This document shows positions 58,943 to 64,000 of a stretch of 64,000 bases of DNA, piece after piece; the stretch's first letter is position 1; each line of letters begins with the position of its first letter. Made by a program: the position numbers and the translations under genes. The notes beneath the pieces are model-generated. The model saw only the letters and a list, made by a program, of their open reading frames with translations, did not search any database and had not been told where the DNA came from. This stretch comes from an uncultured virus (IMG/VR IMGVR_UViG_3300030060_003029) (lineage: Duplodnaviria; Heunggongvirae; Uroviricota; Caudoviricetes; Crassvirales): the IMG/VR virus record IMGVR_UViG_3300030060_003029; one strand, 5' to 3'.

Positions 58943-59158
58943 TTATTTATTTATAGTTATATAATCCTGTTCTATTGTGCTATAAGATCCATTTTCCTCT
59001 TGTTCTAATTTACTTATTGAAACATAAGATCCTTTTTCTGTGCTTAAACTAATTACTTCTTTTGCCCTATCTATTGCCTTTTTTTCTGTAAATTCTATTT
59101 CAGTTTCCAGAACATCACTTTCTATCATATACTCTATTTGATATTGTATTTTTTCCAT
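58943..59158 (-). CDS. Acidic hypothetical early protein
   Basis: ORF with AAAATTATG start. Confidence 0.7.
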   Translation of the reverse strand: MEKIQYQIEYMIESDVLETEIEFTEKKAIDRAKEVISLSTEKGSYVSISKLEQEENGSYSTIEQDYITINK

Positions 59159-59170
59159 AATTTTATTTAT

Positions 59171-59296
59171 TTATTGTTCATTAATTAATCTTTTGCAATC
59201 ACAACCATAGCATAGTATAGTTCCATCATATTGTTCTACATAATCTTCTAATTCTGTTTCAAAACAATTTTCGCAATAATACTTTTCTTTTTCCAT
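59171..59296 (-). CDS. Zinc-finger micro-protein, 41 aa
   Basis: CENC...LCYGC. Confidence 0.65.
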   Translation of the reverse strand: MEKEKYYCENCFETELEDYVEQYDGTILCYGCDCKRLINEQ

Positions 59297-59461
59297 AACT
59301 TTTATTCTTTTTTATTAACACTACTTGACTTTGTCAAATTTTACTTGTACCTTGCCCCTCGTTTTTATTTAGGAGATTATTCAAAAAGAGACTTTTTAAA
59401 TATCTCTCTCAATACTCTCTCTGAATAGTAGATTTGTATTAGGGATAATTATATCCTATTT

Positions 59462-59653
59462 TTATTTAATTTTAATTAATTGATCTTCTGTTAAGTCTTC
59501 GCATAGATATTCTAATGGTTTAAACCTTATAGGTTTTAATTGATACTTTTGTACATTTCCATTGTTATCTAATTTTTCGTTTCCATCTTCATCTACCATA
59601 TAGAATTGAATATCCCATACTGATACTGAATAGTTTTTATTTTCTTTTTCCAT
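59462..59653 (-). CDS. Hypothetical early protein
   Basis: ORF with AAAATTATG start. Confidence 0.7.
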   Translation of the reverse strand: MEKENKNYSVSVWDIQFYMVDEDGNEKLDNNGNVQKYQLKPIRFKPLEYLCEDLTEDQLIKIK

Positions 59654-59849
59654 AATTTTATTTAGTTTTTAAAGTGTCTTTGTAAGGACTTGGTGGACTT
59701 CTTGTTGTTTTTTTACCCCTACCTTCTTTGTTTCACAAGTGGACACTAACATTAATGTTTCTTTATTTTATTTTGTTTTTCTTTCAGATAATTCTTGTTG
59801 TTTTACTTCTGTATTTATTATCATACTCAGAAGGTTAATACTCTTTATA

Positions 59850-59880
59850 CAAATATACTGCTTTTCTTGTTAATGTCAAA
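59850..59880 (-). promoter_or_regulatory. Early promoter TTTG-N19-TATATTTG
   Basis: Consensus Bacteroidota -33/-7 promoter; tandem GwTATTAACAA boxes at 59905-59928. Confidence 0.85.
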
Positions 59881-60046
59881 TTATTTTACATTTATTATTC
59901 CAAAGATATTAACAAAGTTATTAACAATTGTTTTTTTGTTTGGATCAAAACACGCATGTTTTTTTCATTCATGCTTGTCATAGTAATATAATCATAGTAA
60001 TTTTTTTTGGGGAGAACATTCATCTCCCCTTGTGTATAACTAATCA

Positions 60047-60559
60047 TTATGCAGTAATTTTATTTAGTAATCTGTATTGATAATCATAATCATCTAAGTC
60101 ATTATAAAAATTCCCATCTTCATCTTCTTGAACAAAGTCCTCTCTATCGTGTGTGTAAATAGCATTTCCATCTTGATTTGTCCACCTTTCATTAGATTCT
60201 TTGATAGATTCTTTTATCTGTATTTCTTTCTGTTCTATTTCTTCTTCATACATCTTCTTTGTGAATAGTGCAACCTCGTTTACGTTACATAGTATTCCTA
60301 TAGCATAGATTGTGTCATCTATTTCAAATACTTGATATGTTCCATGGTTTTCAAATTCTCCTTCTTCATATTCTCCTACACCAAATACATATCCATCTCC
60401 ATCTTTCCAAACCTTGTCAGCATGTTGTTCGTTGACTCTTTTTTTAGCAAAGTTCATAGCTTTCCTTTTGGTGTCAAATACTTGTATTTCTGTTCCATTG
60501 TTAGAAGAATATCCTTCTCCATTCCAAGTATCTATTACGATATATTTTTTAGTTGTCAT
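60047..60559 (-). CDS. Acidic hypothetical early protein
   Basis: 170-aa ORF with AAAACTATG start. Confidence 0.75.
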   Translation of the reverse strand: MTTKKYIVIDTWNGEGYSSNNGTEIQVFDTKRKAMNFAKKRVNEQHADKVWKDGDGYVFGVGEYEEGEFENHGTYQVFEIDDTIYAIGILCNVNEVALFTKKMYEEEIEQKEIQIKESIKESNERWTNQDGNAIYTHDREDFVQEDEDGNFYNDLDDYDYQYRLLNKITA

Positions 60560-60610
60560 AGTTTTTAGTTTTTTGTAGGGGCAGTAGTTAGCTACCCCTA
60601 ATTAATAATT

Positions 60611-61540
60611 CTATTTATTTAGTATGTACTCTACTGCTTTTTGTGCTTGACTACTCGCATAAACAATCTCTCTTGGGTTGTTTTTTAGGTGCTTTATCCA
60701 ACCATTGATGTATGCTTGACTATTCTTGTCATTATCCTTTGGCTTTAGTCCTAATATGTTAGTTAGAAACATTGCACCTAATTCTGCGACTAATTCCTCT
60801 TGACTATATTTAGTCTTATTAGAGTTTGTAGCGTTCAAAGTCTTTCTGTTTAATAAGTCCTTATGTCCTGTTGAATGAGTCAATTCGTGGAAGAATACTT
60901 TATAATAGTCATCAGATGAAATAAATGTATTTGGACTGCTCATGTTGATTAGATGTTGACTTGGCTTGTAGTGGCAACCAATGTTGTCTCTATGTTCCAA
61001 TGTGGGCTTCTTTCTCATATTATCGTATACTGAATCTGCTTCTTTGATTGACTCAAATATACTACCCTTGATTACTTTTTGAATGTTGTGTTTGTCCTCT
61101 ATGCCCTCAACACAATCAAGATTGAATACTCTAAAATAACTCGCACTCATTGACTTGTCAACATCTTTCATGGTGTAACCCTTTGGAATTACTAAATCTT
61201 CCAATCTACTGCCCTTTAGATATATTCTTTTGCCTTTGCTATCTGTTACAAAATAAGCTACTCTCCAATTGACTACAATGTCTGAAACACTACCTTTTTT
61301 AACTTTGCCACCTAAATTCTTAGCTTGATTAAATGTGATAAATTCTCTGCTTGAGTAGTTATTGAAGTACATTGACATACTCAATAACATTTGATTAATA
61401 CCTTTGTAAATCTTGCCAGTGGTGTGACTTATCGTCATAGTATCTGTGTTACCTGCCCATGATTGAAACCACTCATGCCCACCTTCCTCAAGTCCTTTGA
61501 TTACTTGCTCTGTGATAATTTGATATACATCTTTTTTCAT
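60611..61540 (-). CDS. ardC: ArdC-family antirestriction / ssDNA-binding protein (DUF1738 plus zincin-like domain)
   Basis: VYQIITEQVI, YKGINQMLL, TFNQAKNLGGKVKKG, VFNLD, HELTHSTGH...YSQEELVAELGA. Confidence 0.93.
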   Translation of the reverse strand: MKKDVYQIITEQVIKGLEEGGHEWFQSWAGNTDTMTISHTTGKIYKGINQMLLSMSMYFNNYSSREFITFNQAKNLGGKVKKGSVSDIVVNWRVAYFVTDSKGKRIYLKGSRLEDLVIPKGYTMKDVDKSMSASYFRVFNLDCVEGIEDKHNIQKVIKGSIFESIKEADSVYDNMRKKPTLEHRDNIGCHYKPSQHLINMSSPNTFISSDDYYKVFFHELTHSTGHKDLLNRKTLNATNSNKTKYSQEELVAELGAMFLTNILGLKPKDNDKNSQAYINGWIKHLKNNPREIVYASSQAQKAVEYILNK

Positions 61541-61560
61541 AATAATTAGTTTAGTTTTTT

Positions 61561-61639
61561 AGTAATAGACACCCCTTCTAAGTCTTCCTCTTAGCGTACT
61601 AAGGGGTGTTTCGCTTTTTTAAAGCTCATCAGTATTACT
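61561..61639 (-). ncRNA. Hammerhead ribozyme (type I)
   Basis: Minus strand: AGUAAUA-CUGAUGA-GCUU(UAAAA)AAGC-GAA-ACACCCCUU...AAGGGGUGU-C-UAUUACU; complete core, three stems, GUC cleavage triplet. Confidence 0.93.
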
Positions 61640-61827
61640 TATTCCCATATATAATCATAATACTCATCTACTATAATTAGATTAACCTCTAAAGAATTGT
61701 GTATTTTACTTATGTGGTTAGTTTCCATATTATCATTTTCAATATGTTTAACTAATTTCTTCAAATCCCTTAATAATAATATCTTTGCTTCTTGATATTT
61801 TTTATCTGTATACTTAGCTTCATTCAT
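61639..61827 (-). CDS. Hypothetical early protein
   Basis: ORF with AAACATTATG start; its stop abuts the ribozyme. Confidence 0.7.
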   Translation of the reverse strand: MNEAKYTDKKYQEAKILLLRDLKKLVKHIENDNMETNHISKIHNSLEVNLIIVDEYYDYIWE

Positions 61828-61851
61828 AATGTTTTAAATTTTAATTATTAA

Positions 61852-62019
61852 TTACTTTGCTCTTTCCTCTATTAATTCTTTTGCTATTTTTAAACTGAAT
61901 TTAAGTGACATATCTAATTGCCCTTCTAAATCTTTTAATTGCCCTTCCAATTCCTCTATTCTTTTTCTTTGCTTGATTATTGTATCATAATCTCTATCTC
62001 TTAATACCTCTGTTTTCAT
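61852..62019 (-). CDS. First early gene, 55-aa coiled-coil micro-protein (MKTEVLRDRD...), not in ORF track
   Basis: AAACACATTATG start downstream of the promoter at 62068-62098; internal LEGQL repeat. Confidence 0.7.
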   Translation of the reverse strand: MKTEVLRDRDYDTIIKQRKRIEELEGQLKDLEGQLDMSLKFSLKIAKELIEERAK

Positions 62020-62067
62020 AATGTGTTTAGTTTAAGTTAGTGATTAACCTCGTGTCAATCATTTCTG

Positions 62068-62098
62068 TAAAACTACAAAGACTTTTTTAATTTGCAAA
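62068..62098 (-). promoter_or_regulatory. First early promoter TTTG-N19-TAGTTTTA, followed by a 5' hairpin (62041-62061)
   Basis: Same 19-nt spacing as the other two early promoters. Confidence 0.7.
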
Positions 62099-62131
62099 CA
62101 TTTTTTACATTATTTAATTCTTCTTGAGGAA

Positions 62132-62150
62132 ATTTATAATGATTCTAAAT
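62132..62150. promoter_or_regulatory. Fur-box-like 9-1-9 palindrome ATTTATAAT-G-ATTCTAAAT
   Basis: One mismatch from a perfect 19-bp inverted repeat, 33 bp upstream of the early promoter. Confidence 0.55.
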
Positions 62151-62470
62151 AAGGAATAGATGTACAATCTACTATTGGAATTGCGTATGATGTGCGATAT
62201 AATAATACATTAAATTGATAAAGTCAATAGATAATAAATAAAGTTATTAACAATTGTTAGTTGATTGTAAAATGTAAAGAAAATTAACAGAGGGGAATTG
62301 ATTCTAATGAAGAAACAAAAACTTTTAATAGTATCGTGCCACACAAGATAGATATGCTCTTAAACGTAAGATTTTGAGGTAATTAGAATGTTTTATGATT
62401 CTTCAAATTGTTTTGGGGATAATGTGTGTATTTTGTAAGGGGGTTATGTCAATTCTTTATACTACTCACA

Positions 62471-62522
62471 GAACACTCATTCCAGAATAGTTGTTGGAAC
62501 ACTCATTCCAAAATAGTTGTGG
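62471..62522. repeat. 26-bp tandem direct repeat GAACACTCATTCCARAATAGTTGTKG x2
   Basis: Two adjacent copies, 24/26 identical, in the long non-coding region. Confidence 0.9.
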
Positions 62523-62854
62523 TCTTGCCTAATGTTTTGTAGTACATTGATTAGGTAGATAGATATAGTATGTAATGTCATTCACGTTACAATAGATACT
62601 ATATATATGATATCTATAATGTATGTAGTTAGTTGGGGGTGGGGGTAAATATATTCACTTGGGGATTAAAATTGCACGTAGCATATATGTATATAATACC
62701 CACCCTAAAAATTTCTCAAAAAAAATTTTAACACAAAAAAAATATTGACTTAACATTAGATTAACATGCTGGTGTTATATTGCAGTATGAGAATAGAAGT
62801 TTCTAAAATAATATATGTTCTAATAATGATTGGCGTATACGTTGTTTCGCTATT

Positions 62855-63160
62855 CTAGCCAGCAGTGTAAGTCATAGCAGTAACATACTGGTAGATCCCA
62901 GAAGTCTTACTATGTTCTATAGTGTGCAAACCATTTTTGTTTAAGATTTCAGATATGTCCCTAATTATAGTGCTTATATAGTGTTTATTTACAGTCAGCG
63001 TAATCAGGTCTGGGTCGACTATATTGCCTTCAGCAGCGAAATATATAAATATAGATCCTGTTGTGCCTGAAGTATAGGATGAATACATGTACTTGAATAT
63101 ACTTTTATTAAATACATGTTCTGTTGTGTTTGCTGTAACTATAAAATTTATTGTGCCCAT
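62855..63160 (-). CDS. Third paralog of the post-capsid accessory proteins
   Basis: IFIYF...DLITLTVNK...IRDISEILNK aligns with YMYF...DLITFTINT...CRDVVEVINK of 23674-24054. Confidence 0.65.
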   Translation of the reverse strand: MGTINFIVTANTTEHVFNKSIFKYMYSSYTSGTTGSIFIYFAAEGNIVDPDLITLTVNKHYISTIIRDISEILNKNGLHTIEHSKTSGIYQYVTAMTYTAG

Positions 63161-63803
63161 TAGCAGTATTTTCTTTTAGACATTCCACCCTTCTTGAATA
63201 TGTTTTTCTTAGGGGGGGTTTTGCCTGTCTTCACATACATCTTTTCCTCTTTAGACTTGAGAACTCCTAACATGTCTCTTTTGTGTTTTTTACTATCCTC
63301 AGCACCTGATCCCTTTAGGTATTTATCTTGTAGAGTACCACCACTTACATATTTCCTTTTCTTTTTTACTACTCCACCTTTTTTCATCACAGCTTCTCCT
63401 GATGTTGATCCACCTCCACCTTCTGCTTGATTAGCTTCTTTAGCAGCTCTTGCTTCATCCTGCTCTAATTGAGACATTCCCTCTCCTTCTTTACCACCTT
63501 CTTCTCCTATGACTTTTATTTTTAATACTTTTCCAACACCTAGCTTACCTTTTCCTGCTTCACCTGACTTTCCTTGTTTCTTTTTACCAAGAAGGGCTAG
63601 GGGTCCCATGGCTATTGTTTGCATTAATCCACCTAAAAAAAATTTTTTTGAATCTTTATTTTTCTTATATCTAGAAACTCTTCCTTTAGTGTTTTTTTCC
63701 ATTTTTGCTTTTCTTTTTTCCCCCTTACTTAATTCTGACCAAGTTGCTGGGGTATCTTTATTTATTCTTTTTGTTGGTCTAAAAGTGTTCTCTCCACCTT
63801 TGT
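63160..63803 (-). CDS. 3' part of the junction-spanning basic protein (true start at position 284)
   Basis: In frame with 1-284; contains FFLGG, MKKGG, YVSGG and FKKGG motifs. Confidence 0.8.
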
Positions 63804-64000
63804 NNNNNNNNNNACCTCCTTCGCCCCAGTTAGCAGCCCCTACTTTTCTACACTTAGCCATAGCACCACTTCTATAGGCAGAGGTCTTAGGGCCATATCT
63901 TGAAACAACTTTATGATAACAAGCATCTTTTGTTGTACCACCACTAACATACTTCCTCTTAGCCATCTTAGCGTCTTGCTTAGGATTATGTTTTTTCTGA
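63605..64000. repeat. Terminal overlap, right copy with 10-N scaffold gap
   Basis: Matches 1-485; the N run at 63804-63813 stands in for 99 bp (200-298). Confidence 0.95.

Noticed and set aside
59895..60047. 50-codon minus-strand ORF coupled by TAATG to gene 60047
   Set aside because: Runs through a hairpin and the operator repeats with no recognisable features; not enough support to call
62471..62522. Possible mini CRISPR array
   Set aside because: Two abutting repeats with no spacer and no cas genes
62605..62770. dif/Xer-like site
   Set aside because: Only short partial matches (ATAATGTAT, TTAACAT), no 11-6-11 arrangement and no recombinase gene
63160..63966. 268-aa ORF in the track
   Set aside because: Artefact: the 10-N gap replaces 99 bp containing a stop and a new start (seen intact at 200-298), fusing two genes
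1..64000. Stop-codon reassignment as in some crAss-like phages
   Set aside because: Long genes are intact in the standard code, and TAA, TAG and TGA all end well-packed genes
1..64000. tRNA genes, integrase, introns/inteins, diversity-generating retroelement
   Set aside because: No cloverleaf, recombinase, intein or reverse-transcriptase motifs recognised; terminase and helicase are uninterrupted

Overview
The window is an essentially complete, circularly assembled ~63.6 kb lytic tailed-phage genome. Positions 1-485 are repeated imperfectly at 63605-64000 across a 10-N gap. The host is very probably a Bacteroidota (Flavobacteriales-like) bacterium: genes are preceded by TAnnTTTG-type promoters with A-rich, SD-less leaders, and one gene ends in a T9SS-type sorting tail. 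The + strand (6863-49081) carries a crAss/phi14:2-like podovirus morphogenesis block: GroES-like protein, terminase, portal, scaffold, major capsid, ring and muzzle proteins, ejection proteins, a 3388-aa giant protein and lysis/HNH genes. The - strand carries an accessory and tail-fibre block (62855 through the junction to 6780) and the early/replication block (49078-62019: DnaB, initiator, SSB, RecE-like nuclease, SSAP, DnaA-domain-IV protein, ArdC, many micro-ORFs). I recognised no DNA polymerase, primase, RNA polymerase, integrase, tRNA or CRISPR array. The most striking signals are RNA-level. (i) A complete hammerhead ribozyme fills the spacer upstream of ardC. (ii) A promoter-driven ~70-nt RNA at 47970-48036 is antisense to the start-codon regions of the early genes, and a second similar element sits in front of the terminator at 13998-14043. 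Other highlights are a Fur-box-like palindrome and DnaA-box-like tandem repeats at early promoters, a recurrent K-[YMF]-x-x-GG motif punctuating many basic proteins, a T9SS cargo/beta-barrel pair, a GAMT/Rmt2-like methyltransferase among the fibre genes, and an apparent absence of CCG/CGG. All family assignments come from motif recognition by eye; no database search was run.
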